A stretch of 50,367 bases of DNA from an uncultured Ruminococcus sp. (GCA_902790985.1 CADAUE010000001.1:1-50367); one strand, 5' to 3'; counted from the stretch's first letter, positions 1 to 7,946 are shown. Numbers and translations are program-made. The notes: a model not told the origin generated them from the letters alone.

Positions 1-1905
1 ATGCTTGATGTCAAAACGGTTGTGAGACAGCTCAACGCCAAATTCCCGCTTGACGCTGACGACATCAAGGACAACGAAGTCATAAAGGTCAAGGGTATAA
101 ACTCGTCAGAGGTTGATTCTGCCGTAAACAACTATATGGCTTACGGCGTAATGCTGGATGGCCGCTCTAATCTGATGTTATGTGTGAACAGCGGAACGAA
201 TCTCAGGTCGCAGTACCGCTTTGATACGCTTGGATATATCAAGTACCGTTCTCAGACGAAAGATTCCTCTACGGGAGAATGGAATGCGTGGTCTGATTGG
301 ACTCCGTTTGCGTCAAGTATAAATATCGCAAACGGTGCTGTCGGTTCAACTAAGATAGCGGATAAAGCTGTAACAAACGCCAAGCTCGCCAACGGCGCTG
401 TTGCAAGGGTGAACATTCAGACCAGCGCAGTCGGTACAAATGAAATAGACGCAGGTGCCGTCACCACTACGGAGCTGGCTGATAATTCGGTTACTTCGGC
501 TAAAATCGCAGATAACGCTATTAAATCAAGGCATATGAGCGATGGTGCTGTAGACACAAACGCTATAGAAATCGGAGCTGTCACATCTGTTGAATTGGCG
601 AACGGCGCTGTGACGACAGCTAAACTTGCGACTGACGCTGTGACCGGTGCAAAAATAGCTGACGGCGCTGTCGGTGCATCGCATCTTGCCGCCGGTGCCG
701 TCACTGAGGCTAAGATTCAAGCAGGTGCTGTTACAACGACAAAAATCGCAAACGGTGCTGTGGGAAGCGACCAAATCGCCGATGGTGCAATCTTTGCAGA
801 GCATCTGACGGATTGTTGTGTTGAAACAGCTGCCATTGACATCGGTGCGGTAACAACTGCCGAACTGGCGAACAGCGCGGTTTCCGAATCCATCCTCGCC
901 GACAACGCTGTGACGAACTCAAAAATAGCAAATTCGGCTGTAACTAATCTTAAATTAGCCGACGGAGCAGTGACAACCGTAAAAATATCAGATGGTAATG
1001 TTACCGAAGCAAAAATCAAAAATAACGCTGTTACTACTGCCAAACTCGCTGACAGTTCGGTCACCACTGCTAAAATTGCCGCAGGTGCTGTTACTGCTGC
1101 AAAACTTGATTCAGGTGTTTTATCCGGATATATGAAGCTCGCTCACACGACCACATCGGAGGATTCCGGGCAGTTCTACTTAGAGAGAGTCGGCTTAAGC
1201 CTTAATGCGGTTAACCTGTATCTCGCGTTATACAGCGCTGATCCGAAGCGTGTAGCCTGGTATTCGGATATTCCCGATATCTCCGGCAAGGCTGACGCGG
1301 CGACTACTCTTGCGGGCTACGGTATTACCAACGCATATACCAAAGACGAGATTGATGCCGTGTATATGGAACTTGCGCCGGATACTATACCGAGCAGTAT
1401 CGGTCTGCTGCAGGACGGTCAGCTCTTCCGCTGTCAGGGTGGTGTTGCTATCAAAAACGGTAATGCCTCGGACTACATCGAACTCGCTAAGAAATCAATC
1501 GTTCCTACCGCTGTATCTCAGCTCACGAACGACAGCGGTTACCTGACAACGCATCAGGATATCTCCGGCAAAGCGAATATCGAAAACGGCGGCATTCCGT
1601 CTAACCACGCATGGTACACGGACGCAAGCCAGGGATATACCATGACGGGTAATTATACCATTATCGGTGATACCTGCTTTCTTCACGCTGCGGCAAAATG
1701 TATCTCAGGATGGGAGCGAGTCTTTTATTCACTGCCTGTGGCTTGTACCGCTTCGTCCGCGACTATTGCTCTCAGCGGCAATAATACCTTTACTATTGCC
1801 ACGGGAGTGATCGACAACATATCCGTTTTGGAAATCAAGCAGATGGGCACATCCTCTATGAGCGGTGACACCATCATTTTTACTTTGATTTACAAATGCC
1901 AATAA
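1..1905 (+). CDS. Phage tail fibre / receptor-binding-like protein with decapeptide repeat shaft (may be 5'-truncated by the window edge)
   Basis: 26 tandem 10-aa repeats (consensus IADGAVTTAK), the TTLAGYGIT motif and the SQLTNDSGY...QDISGK motif typical of phage fibres; lies upstream of the lysis genes. Confidence 0.75.
   Translation: MLDVKTVVRQLNAKFPLDADDIKDNEVIKVKGINSSEVDSAVNNYMAYGVMLDGRSNLMLCVNSGTNLRSQYRFDTLGYIKYRSQTKDSSTGEWNAWSDWTPFASSINIANGAVGSTKIADKAVTNAKLANGAVARVNIQTSAVGTNEIDAGAVTTTELADNSVTSAKIADNAIKSRHMSDGAVDTNAIEIGAVTSVELANGAVTTAKLATDAVTGAKIADGAVGASHLAAGAVTEAKIQAGAVTTTKIANGAVGSDQIADGAIFAEHLTDCCVETAAIDIGAVTTAELANSAVSESILADNAVTNSKIANSAVTNLKLADGAVTTVKISDGNVTEAKIKNNAVTTAKLADSSVTTAKIAAGAVTAAKLDSGVLSGYMKLAHTTTSEDSGQFYLERVGLSLNAVNLYLALYSADPKRVAWYSDIPDISGKADAATTLAGYGITNAYTKDEIDAVYMELAPDTIPSSIGLLQDGQLFRCQGGVAIKNGNASDYIELAKKSIVPTAVSQLTNDSGYLTTHQDISGKANIENGGIPSNHAWYTDASQGYTMTGNYTIIGDTCFLHAAAKCISGWERVFYSLPVACTASSATIALSGNNTFTIATGVIDNISVLEIKQMGTSSMSGDTIIFTLIYKCQ
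325..1104 (+). repeat. 26 x 30-bp (10-aa) degenerate tandem repeat in the tail fibre gene
   Basis: Repeats counted in the translation, from IANGAVGSTK (aa 109) to IAAGAVTAAK, with uninterrupted register. Confidence 0.9.
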
Positions 1906-1917
1906 GGAGGATTTTTT

Positions 1918-2169
1918 ATGGCTACGAAAATATATAACGACTATACCCTTGAACAGCTGACGGTGGACTCTGTCAATGTGCTGATTATTTCTTCGGCGAA
2001 GGTCAACGGTAAGATGTATGAACTGGAGCGAACCCGTATGTGTTACGGCAACTCGCCGATTGGCAGAGAGCAGATCGTCAACGATTTACCGGAACAGTAC
2101 GCAAATGCCGTACTTGCTGTATGGGGTGAAACTCCCACGCTTTCAGACCCTGAAAAGGGCGGTGAGTAA
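1918..2169 (+). CDS. Small phage protein, 83 aa (position suggests tail fibre assembly/chaperone)
   Basis: Strong RBS AAGGAGG directly after the fibre stop codon. Function is inferred from position only. Confidence 0.7.
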   Translation: MATKIYNDYTLEQLTVDSVNVLIISSAKVNGKMYELERTRMCYGNSPIGREQIVNDLPEQYANAVLAVWGETPTLSDPEKGGE

Positions 2170-2170
2170 A

Positions 2171-2533
2171 ATGACGGAAGCGATTGTCTGCGCCATCATC
2201 GCCGCGGTTACCGCTATTGTTGTAGGTGTGATTGATTTCCTGTCGCAGCGCAGTACCAAGAAGGAAATCAAGAATGAAATGTATCGCAACAAAGAGGAGC
2301 GTCAGCAGCGGGAGCAGGATAAGGAAAAGTCGCGCAAGGAATTTGAACTGCATATGATAAGAGGTATTATGGCTTCAAATACCCTCGGCGAGGCTACCGC
2401 AAGGGCGGTACAGCGAATCCCGGACGCTCACTGCAACGGTGATATGGATGCCGCTCTTGAAGAGGAAGGCAAAGTCAAAAAAGATATACAGGATTTTCTC
2501 GCCCGTCAGGGTGTGGATAACATTGTCGATTAA
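2171..2533 (+). CDS. Phage membrane protein with N-terminal TM helix and coiled coil (holin/antiholin-like)
   Basis: ATG at 2171 (MTEAIVCAIIAAVTAIVVGVIDFL) one base after the upstream stop; typical slot before holin and endolysin. Confidence 0.7.
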   Translation: MTEAIVCAIIAAVTAIVVGVIDFLSQRSTKKEIKNEMYRNKEERQQREQDKEKSRKEFELHMIRGIMASNTLGEATARAVQRIPDAHCNGDMDAALEEEGKVKKDIQDFLARQGVDNIVD

Positions 2534-2559
2534 GCATCGGAAACGGTGCTTTTTATTTT
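2532..2559 (+). terminator. Intrinsic terminator-like hairpin upstream of the holin
   Basis: AGCATCG-GAAA-CGGTGCT followed by TTTTATTTT. Confidence 0.6.
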
Positions 2560-2593
2560 GCATTTTTTATCAAATTTTCAGGAGGTTTTTTAC

Positions 2594-2800
2594 ATGAAAA
2601 CAAACACATTTCTTGACTGGCTGAAGGCTGCGGGTATCCGCGCACTCAAAACCGTAGCTCAGACCGCTGTCGCTACCATCGGTGTATCCGCTGTTATGAG
2701 CGAGGTCAACTGGATTATGGTCGGCTCCGCATCTCTGCTTGCAGGTATCCTGTCCCTGCTGACGTCAATTGCGGGACTGCCGGAACTGGAGGGTAAGTGA
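2594..2800 (+). CDS. Holin, phage r1t-like family
   Basis: WLKAAGIRALKTVAQTAVATIG...LLTSIAGLPE signature, two hydrophobic segments, RBS GGAGG before ATG 2594. Confidence 0.85.
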   Translation: MKTNTFLDWLKAAGIRALKTVAQTAVATIGVSAVMSEVNWIMVGSASLLAGILSLLTSIAGLPELEGK

Positions 2801-2898
2801 TGAACGAGAAGGATACTTTCTTAGAGCTTGAGGGTGTATTTGAAGAGACTCTCACGGAGCACAAAGACAATAAAGGAGATGACGACGATGAAGGCTGA
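2800..2898 (+). CDS. Unannotated 32-aa acidic peptide MNEKDTFLELEGVFEETLTEHKDNKGDDDDEG
   Basis: ATG overlaps the holin stop (TGATG), GGAGGG lies upstream, and the ORF fills the holin-amidase gap and overlaps the amidase start by 11 nt. Confidence 0.55.
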   Translation: MNEKDTFLELEGVFEETLTEHKDNKGDDDDEG

Positions 2899-3892
2899 CA
2901 GTTCTCTGGTCACCTCGGTGATCTATTCTCCCAACAACTCGGGTAAGCGAGTCTATCCGCTGACGCGTGCTTCCGTTCACTGCGTTGTTGGACAGTGCGT
3001 TGCTTCTTCGCTCGGCAATCTGTTCTCCAACGCCAGCTTTGAAGCAAGTTCAAACTACGGCGTCGGCAAGGACGGCAGTATCGGTCAGTACGTCCCGGAA
3101 GCATATCGTTCGTGGTGTACTTCCTCGTATGACAATGACAACCGTGCAATCACAATCGAGGTGGCGTCAGATACCTACGCGCCCTACAAGGTCACTGATG
3201 CAGCGTACAAGGCTCTCATTAAGCTGCTTGTTGACATCTGCCGCCGTAACGGTAAAAAGAAGCTGTTGTGGTTCGGCGACAAAAACAAGTCCCTGAGCTA
3301 CTCGCCAAAGTCGGATGAGATCGTTATGACCGTCCACAGATGGTTCGCCAACAAAAGCTGTCCCGGCGACTATCTGTATAACCTTCACGGTACTATCGCA
3401 TCAGAGGTCACAAAGCAGCTCGGCGGCAGTTCCGGCAGTACTCCTACACCAACGCCAAGCACAAACGTTGCTAAACCTGCCGTCACCTTCCGTATTCGTC
3501 AGGGCGGCACCTGGCAAAAGGAAGGCTTCACGGGGACGGCGGGAAAAGCTATCACCGACATTGCTATCAAGGTGACTAAAGGTTCGGTCAAATACCGCGT
3601 TCACGTCAATGGCGGCTCGTGGCTCCCGTGGGTGACGGGCTACAACACATCTGAACACAGCAACGGCTATGCCGGCAACGGAAAAGCAATCGATGCTGTG
3701 CAGGTGTATTACTCTACTCCTGCGGATGTTGTGAACGCTCACGGTTATTACAAAGCAAAGTATCTGGTATCGCCGCTGAAGAAAGGATTCTACTCCTATC
3801 AGTACGATACCGAGACTACAAACGGTCAGGATGGCTACGCCGGTTCCTACGGAAAGACCATTGACCGCTTTCAGGTTTTGCTGTCGAAATAA
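2888..3892 (+). CDS. Endolysin: N-acetylmuramoyl-L-alanine amidase (Amidase_2 type), Pro/Thr linker, Trp/Gly-rich C-terminal cell-wall-binding domain
   Basis: Zn-amidase motifs HCVVG, SSNYGVG, AITIEVAS and HRWFANKSCPG; linker GSSGSTPTPTPST; ChW-like C-terminal repeats (YRVH...WLPWV...GYAG); RBS AAGGAG before ATG 2888. Confidence 0.9.
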   Translation: MKADSSLVTSVIYSPNNSGKRVYPLTRASVHCVVGQCVASSLGNLFSNASFEASSNYGVGKDGSIGQYVPEAYRSWCTSSYDNDNRAITIEVASDTYAPYKVTDAAYKALIKLLVDICRRNGKKKLLWFGDKNKSLSYSPKSDEIVMTVHRWFANKSCPGDYLYNLHGTIASEVTKQLGGSSGSTPTPTPSTNVAKPAVTFRIRQGGTWQKEGFTGTAGKAITDIAIKVTKGSVKYRVHVNGGSWLPWVTGYNTSEHSNGYAGNGKAIDAVQVYYSTPADVVNAHGYYKAKYLVSPLKKGFYSYQYDTETTNGQDGYAGSYGKTIDRFQVLLSK

Positions 3893-3905
3893 GTATTATG
3901 AATTT

Positions 3906-3945
3906 AGGCTCATTGAGATTTTTTCTCTTTGAGCCTTTATTTTTT
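3906..3945 (+). terminator. Intrinsic terminator after the endolysin
   Basis: AGGCTCA...TGAGCCT stem followed by TTATTTTTT. Confidence 0.65.
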
Positions 3946-4023
3946 GTGCTTTTTTTAGACCAAAACAGCATCTTCTGTCCAGTAGGGAGTGAGAGAAACC
4001 CCTCTCGGACTGGAGGAACTATC

Positions 4024-4407
4024 GTGACCAATGAACAGAAACAACAGATAATTACACTTCAAAGAGAAGGAAAAGGATATCGCCTTATCGCATCTGAATT
4101 ACAACTCCCTATCAACTCTGTTAAGAGCTGGTGTTATCGCCATCCGATTAATTCTACCAAAAGTGGTCATTGCCTGCAGTGCGGCGCACCGGTCAAACAG
4201 ACTCCGCATAGGAAGGAGAAAAAATTCTGCTCAGACCGTTGCCGTGCATTATGGTGGGCTGCGCATCCGGAAATGCGAAACGCCAAAAAGCTCTATTCAC
4301 ACATATGCGTTGGATGTGGTCAGCAGTTTGAATCAAATCGTGCAAAGCGTGTTTATTGCTCAGCAGCTTGCTATGCTCGTCACAGGAACGGAGGCTCCCA
4401 TGACTGA
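4024..4407 (+). CDS. Small DNA-binding protein: N-terminal HTH plus Cys-rich zinc-finger motifs
   Basis: GTG start with GGAGG RBS; GKGYRLIASELQLPINSVKSW helix-turn-helix; CxxC...FCSxxC and CxxC...YCSxxC motifs. Confidence 0.75.
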   Translation: MTNEQKQQIITLQREGKGYRLIASELQLPINSVKSWCYRHPINSTKSGHCLQCGAPVKQTPHRKEKKFCSDRCRALWWAAHPEMRNAKKLYSHICVGCGQQFESNRAKRVYCSAACYARHRNGGSHD

Positions 4408-4561
4408 GCAGCTTGTAAAGAAAGTGGCGACATACCGAACAGCCATGTCAATCATAAAAGAAATGCTCAGAAGGGGCCTGATTTCTGCTGATGACTACAC
4501 TAAAATTGATACAAAAATGGCCGAAAAATACGGGCTAAAATCATCTACTATATTTCGCTGA
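4400..4561 (+). CDS. SHOCT-like 53-aa protein of the recombinase module
   Basis: GGAGG RBS, ATG 4400 overlapping the upstream gene, MLRRGLISADDYTKI SHOCT-like pattern. Confidence 0.65.
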   Translation: MTEQLVKKVATYRTAMSIIKEMLRRGLISADDYTKIDTKMAEKYGLKSSTIFR

Positions 4562-4567
4562 TTTAAC

Positions 4568-4596
4568 TTGATATATATAAGTATAAGAGGTAATAT
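4568..4596 (+). promoter_or_regulatory. Candidate sigma-A promoter for the recombinase pair
   Basis: TTGATA-17 bp-TAATAT upstream of the GGAGG RBS. Confidence 0.4.
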
Positions 4597-4622
4597 ACAT
4601 CACTATGAAGGGAGGAATAACT

Positions 4623-5885
4623 ATGGAACGTATTGTAGAACAGGTCCATTCGGCAATTCCGCTGAAAGCACAAAGAAAGCGCGTCGCTGCCTATGCTCGT
4701 GTTTCATCCGGGAAGGACGCTATGCTGCATTCGCTTTCGGCACAGGTTAGTTATTACAACGACTTAATTCATAGCAGATCAGATTGGTTGTATTGCGGAG
4801 TGTACTCTGACGAAGCAATCACCGGCACCAAAACCGAGCGCAGAGGTTTTCAATCACTGCTTGCTGATTGTCGCGCGGGCAAGCTGGATATGGTCATCGT
4901 AAAATCAATTTCCAGGCTTGCGCGAAACACAGTGACACTTCTTGAAACTGTAAGAGAGCTGAAGTGCCTCGGCGTAGATGTTTTCTTTGAAGAGCAAAAC
5001 ATCCACACGATGAGCGCTGACGGCGAATTAATGCTGACCATCCTTGCAAGCTACGCACAGGAAGAAAGCCTATCCGTAAGCGAAAATCAGAAGTGGCGTG
5101 TAAGAAAAAACTTCTCAGAAGGAAAGCCGTGGGGCTGTACTATTCTCGGTTACCGAAATCAAAACGGCAGCTTCATCGTTGTTCCGGAGGAAGCCGAAAT
5201 TGTAAAACGAATTTTCCGTCTATACCTTGACGGTGCGGGTGTTCAGACCATCGTTAGCATATTAAACGCTGAAGGGCTAAGGACACGAAACGGCAACGAG
5301 TTTTATACCTGCGGAGTCGCAAAAGTGCTGCGGAATTACACCTATACCGGGAATTTGCTTCTTCAGAAGACTTTCCGCGAGAACCACCTGACAAAGAAAA
5401 AGTGCGTCAATCACGGTGAACTGCCAAAGTACCATGCAGTCGACACGCACGAAGCCATCATTGATATTGATACATTTAATCGAGTTCAGGAGGAAATTAA
5501 AAGGCGCGCAGAAAAATTCACCCCGCGAGCGAAACCCGAACAGCCATATCGTTTTACCTCTTTAATCAGATGCGCAAACTGCGGAAAGAATTATCGCCGT
5601 AAAATGACCGCCACCGGACCGGTCTGGATATGCTCCACTTACAATACAAAAGGAAAAGCCGTGTGTGCAGCTAAGCAAATCCCGGAAACCACGCTGGAAA
5701 CTGTCACCGCTGATATTGATATCAATCGATTAGACAGCATTACCGCTGCCAATGATAATCGGTTGATTTTTCATTATAAGGACGGGACCCAGGAAGAGCG
5801 AAGATGGAAAGATCGTTCTCGCTCGGAATCGTGGACACCGGAAATGCGAAAAAAGGCTGGAGACTTAAGGAGGAAAAAACAATGA
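4623..5885 (+). CDS. Large serine recombinase 1 (resolvase, recombinase and Zn-ribbon domains; short C-terminus)
   Basis: Catalytic YARVSS motif, KSISRLARN, CANCG...WICS zinc ribbon; RBS GGAGG before ATG 4623. Confidence 0.92.
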   Translation: MERIVEQVHSAIPLKAQRKRVAAYARVSSGKDAMLHSLSAQVSYYNDLIHSRSDWLYCGVYSDEAITGTKTERRGFQSLLADCRAGKLDMVIVKSISRLARNTVTLLETVRELKCLGVDVFFEEQNIHTMSADGELMLTILASYAQEESLSVSENQKWRVRKNFSEGKPWGCTILGYRNQNGSFIVVPEEAEIVKRIFRLYLDGAGVQTIVSILNAEGLRTRNGNEFYTCGVAKVLRNYTYTGNLLLQKTFRENHLTKKKCVNHGELPKYHAVDTHEAIIDIDTFNRVQEEIKRRAEKFTPRAKPEQPYRFTSLIRCANCGKNYRRKMTATGPVWICSTYNTKGKAVCAAKQIPETTLETVTADIDINRLDSITAANDNRLIFHYKDGTQEERRWKDRSRSESWTPEMRKKAGDLRRKKQ

Positions 5886-7468
5886 CAAGAAATGTAACCG
5901 TGATTCCCGCTACCATAAACCCTATCATTAGATCGGCGGGTACGACTATTCAAAAGAGAAAAACGGCTGGGTACGCCCGTGTGTCTACTGACAAAGACGA
6001 ACAATTCACTTCATACGAAGCGCAGGTTGATTACTATACACAGTTCATCAAAAAACACGCTGATTGGGAGTTCGTAAAAGTCTATACGGACGAAGGTATC
6101 AGCGGACTTGGAACGAGAAAGCGTGAGGGCTTTAATGAAATGGTCGCGGATGCTCTTGCCGGCAAAATAGACCTGATTGTTACAAAGTCGGTCAGCCGAT
6201 TTGCCCGGAACACCGTCGACAGCCTTGTTACAATACGCAAGCTCAAGGAAAAAGGTGTTGAGGTCTATTTTGAAAAAGAAAACATTTACAGCATGGACGG
6301 AAAAGGCGAACTCCTGCTCACAATTATGTCGAGCCTCGCTCAAGAGGAATCGCGTTCTATCTCTGAAAATGTAACATGGGGTCAAAGGAAACGGTTTTCT
6401 GACGGAAAGGTAAGTCTTCCGTATAAGCAGTTCCTCGGATATGAAAAGGGTCCTAACAAGGGCGATCCTCCTGTGGTGAATCCGGAACAGGCAAAGATTG
6501 TTCAGAGGATTTACACACGTTTTATGCAAGGGCAGACAGCCTGCGGAATTGCTAAAGAGCTTGTGGCGGACGGCGTCCCTACACCATCAGGAAAAAAGAA
6601 CTGGCGTGCATCCACTATCGAGAGCATACTTTCAAATGAAAAGTACAGGGGGTCAGCGCTCCTTCAAAAGGAGTTTACCACTGATTTTTTGACAAAAAAG
6701 CGAAAAGTCAACGAGGGCGAGGTTCCTCAGTACTATATCGAGCACAGCCACGAAGCCATTATTGATCCAGAAGAATGGGATGCGGTTCAGGAAGAATTTC
6801 GCCGCAGAAAAGCAATCGGAAAAGCCTACAGCGGAAAGAGTGTACTCGCATCAAAAATAGTCTGTGCCGATTGCGGCTACTGGTACGGAGCCAAAACATG
6901 GCACTCGAAAGATAAATACAAAACTGTCGTGTGGCAATGCAATCAGAAATATGATAAAAGTAAGCCAATCTGCAAAACGCCTCACGTAACTGAGGATTCC
7001 GTTAAAGAGCGTTTCTTAAAAGTCTACAACGGACTTATTGAGAACAGGCAGCCTTATATCGATGCCTGCAAAGCCGCAATCGAAACGCTGACCGATACGA
7101 CCGAGCTGGACAATGAGATTGAAAAACTTCTCCAGGAGATGGATGTAGTCGCGGGGCTTATCAAAAAATCGATTTCTGAAAACGCATCGGCGGCTCAAGA
7201 CCAAACGGAGTACAACAACAGGTACAACGCCTATGCCGACCGTTACGAACAGGCTAAGAGCAAATACGATGAACTCACGGCTGCCCGCGATGAGCGTATC
7301 GCAAAGCGGAATACCATCAAACGCTTTCTCGCCGAACTCAAGAAACGGAATAAGCTATTAACGGAGTTCGACAACTGCTTATGGCTGACGGTCATCGACC
7401 GAGTAACAGTACAACGGGACGGGAGCCTAATCTTCCGCTTTTACAACGGGACTGAAATTTCCGGCTAA
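5882..7468 (+). CDS. Large serine recombinase 2 (with C-terminal coiled coil)
   Basis: YARVST, KSVSRFARN, CADCG...WQC and a long coiled coil; ATGA overlap with recombinase 1. Confidence 0.92.
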   Translation: MTRNVTVIPATINPIIRSAGTTIQKRKTAGYARVSTDKDEQFTSYEAQVDYYTQFIKKHADWEFVKVYTDEGISGLGTRKREGFNEMVADALAGKIDLIVTKSVSRFARNTVDSLVTIRKLKEKGVEVYFEKENIYSMDGKGELLLTIMSSLAQEESRSISENVTWGQRKRFSDGKVSLPYKQFLGYEKGPNKGDPPVVNPEQAKIVQRIYTRFMQGQTACGIAKELVADGVPTPSGKKNWRASTIESILSNEKYRGSALLQKEFTTDFLTKKRKVNEGEVPQYYIEHSHEAIIDPEEWDAVQEEFRRRKAIGKAYSGKSVLASKIVCADCGYWYGAKTWHSKDKYKTVVWQCNQKYDKSKPICKTPHVTEDSVKERFLKVYNGLIENRQPYIDACKAAIETLTDTTELDNEIEKLLQEMDVVAGLIKKSISENASAAQDQTEYNNRYNAYADRYEQAKSKYDELTAARDERIAKRNTIKRFLAELKKRNKLLTEFDNCLWLTVIDRVTVQRDGSLIFRFYNGTEISG

Positions 7469-7471
7469 AGA

Positions 7472-7546
7472 AAAATGCACCCCACCTTATAAAATGCACC
7501 CCATAAAACACAAAATGCACCCCACGAAAACGGCTGGGGTGCATTT
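7472..7546. repeat. Three direct copies of AAAATGCACCCCA plus one inverted copy
   Basis: Copies at 7472, 7491 and 7512; inverted TGGGGTGCATTT at 7535-7546. Confidence 0.9.
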
Positions 7547-7578
7547 GTATTAAAGTATGCGTTTCTTTCCATATCAAT

Positions 7579-7603
7579 AAGGGGATCCGAAAGGATACCC
7601 CTT
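7579..7603 (+). terminator. Hairpin, possible terminator closing the recombinase module
   Basis: AAGGGGATCC-GAAA-GGATACCCCTT (one bulged base). Confidence 0.5.
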
Positions 7604-7616
7604 TACTACACTACAA

Positions 7617-7794
7617 GTGCGAAAGACAAGACTTGAAGGCGACCGTACCGAGATATAAGCGTCAGCGCATATCGAAGGCAAAAACAGTCTTGAGGACTGT
7701 TTTTAGGGAGAGAGCCTTTGTACGTTGCACGGGAGCAGCGTACAATATGCGATCACTCGTTCTCCTATGATCGACGCTCCTGTCGCCCGCACCA
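7617..7794. repeat. Structured MITE/REP-like element with imperfect terminal inverted repeats resembling tRNA 3' ends
   Basis: Left end GTGCGAAAGACAAG vs reverse complement of right end GTGCGGGCGACAGG; internal hairpins AAAAACAGTC/GACTGTTTTT and TTGTACGTTGC/GCAGCGTACAA; right end finishes GCACCA. Confidence 0.5.
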
Positions 7795-7827
7795 ACCTTG
7801 CGGTTCATCCGCGAGGCACCTATGAAA

Positions 7828-7900
7828 GGCGTATTAGCTTAGCGGAAAGAGCTCCCTTCTAACGAAAGGGCCGACGCGGGTTCGAATCCCGCATACGAAT
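7828..7900 (+). tRNA. tRNA-like cloverleaf, anticodon AAC (Val-type), only 5-bp acceptor stem, no CCA at the expected position; pseudo-tRNA or tRNA-like RNA domain
   Basis: U8-A9, D arm GCTT/GAGC, anticodon arm CCCTT-CTAACGA-AAGGG, variable loop CCGAC, T arm GCGGG-TTCGAAT-CCCGC; acceptor CGTAT/ATACG with G1 and G2 opposite A,A. Confidence 0.7.
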
Positions 7901-7922
7901 ATCCCATCGACAGATGTTTCAT

Positions 7923-7946
7923 AAAGCCCGAGCGATTCGGGCTTTT
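7923..7946 (+). terminator. Intrinsic terminator after the tRNA-like RNA
   Basis: AAAGCCCGA-GCGAT-TCGGGCTTTT. Confidence 0.75.

Larger units (their letters stand above)
1..7603 (+). mobile_element. Right-hand end of a prophage (tail fibre, lysis cassette, dual serine recombinase module); left end lies outside the window
   Basis: Co-oriented tail-fibre, holin, amidase and two large serine recombinase genes. Composition looks more AT-rich and much poorer in GATC than the downstream DNA. Right boundary is approximate (repeat array and hairpin after the second recombinase). Confidence 0.85.

Noticed and set aside
1-1905. Diversity-generating retroelement target or invertible tail-fibre cassette
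   Set aside because: No reverse transcriptase, template repeat or inverted alternative C-termini are visible in the window.
7472-7546. Possible mini CRISPR array
   Set aside because: Repeats are 13 bp with 6-8 bp spacers, far too short, and no cas genes are present.
7850-7870. Reading the tRNA-like element as tRNA-Arg(TCT) via CTTCTAA
   Set aside because: That register has no paired anticodon stem; only CCCTT/AAGGG around CTAACGA pairs.
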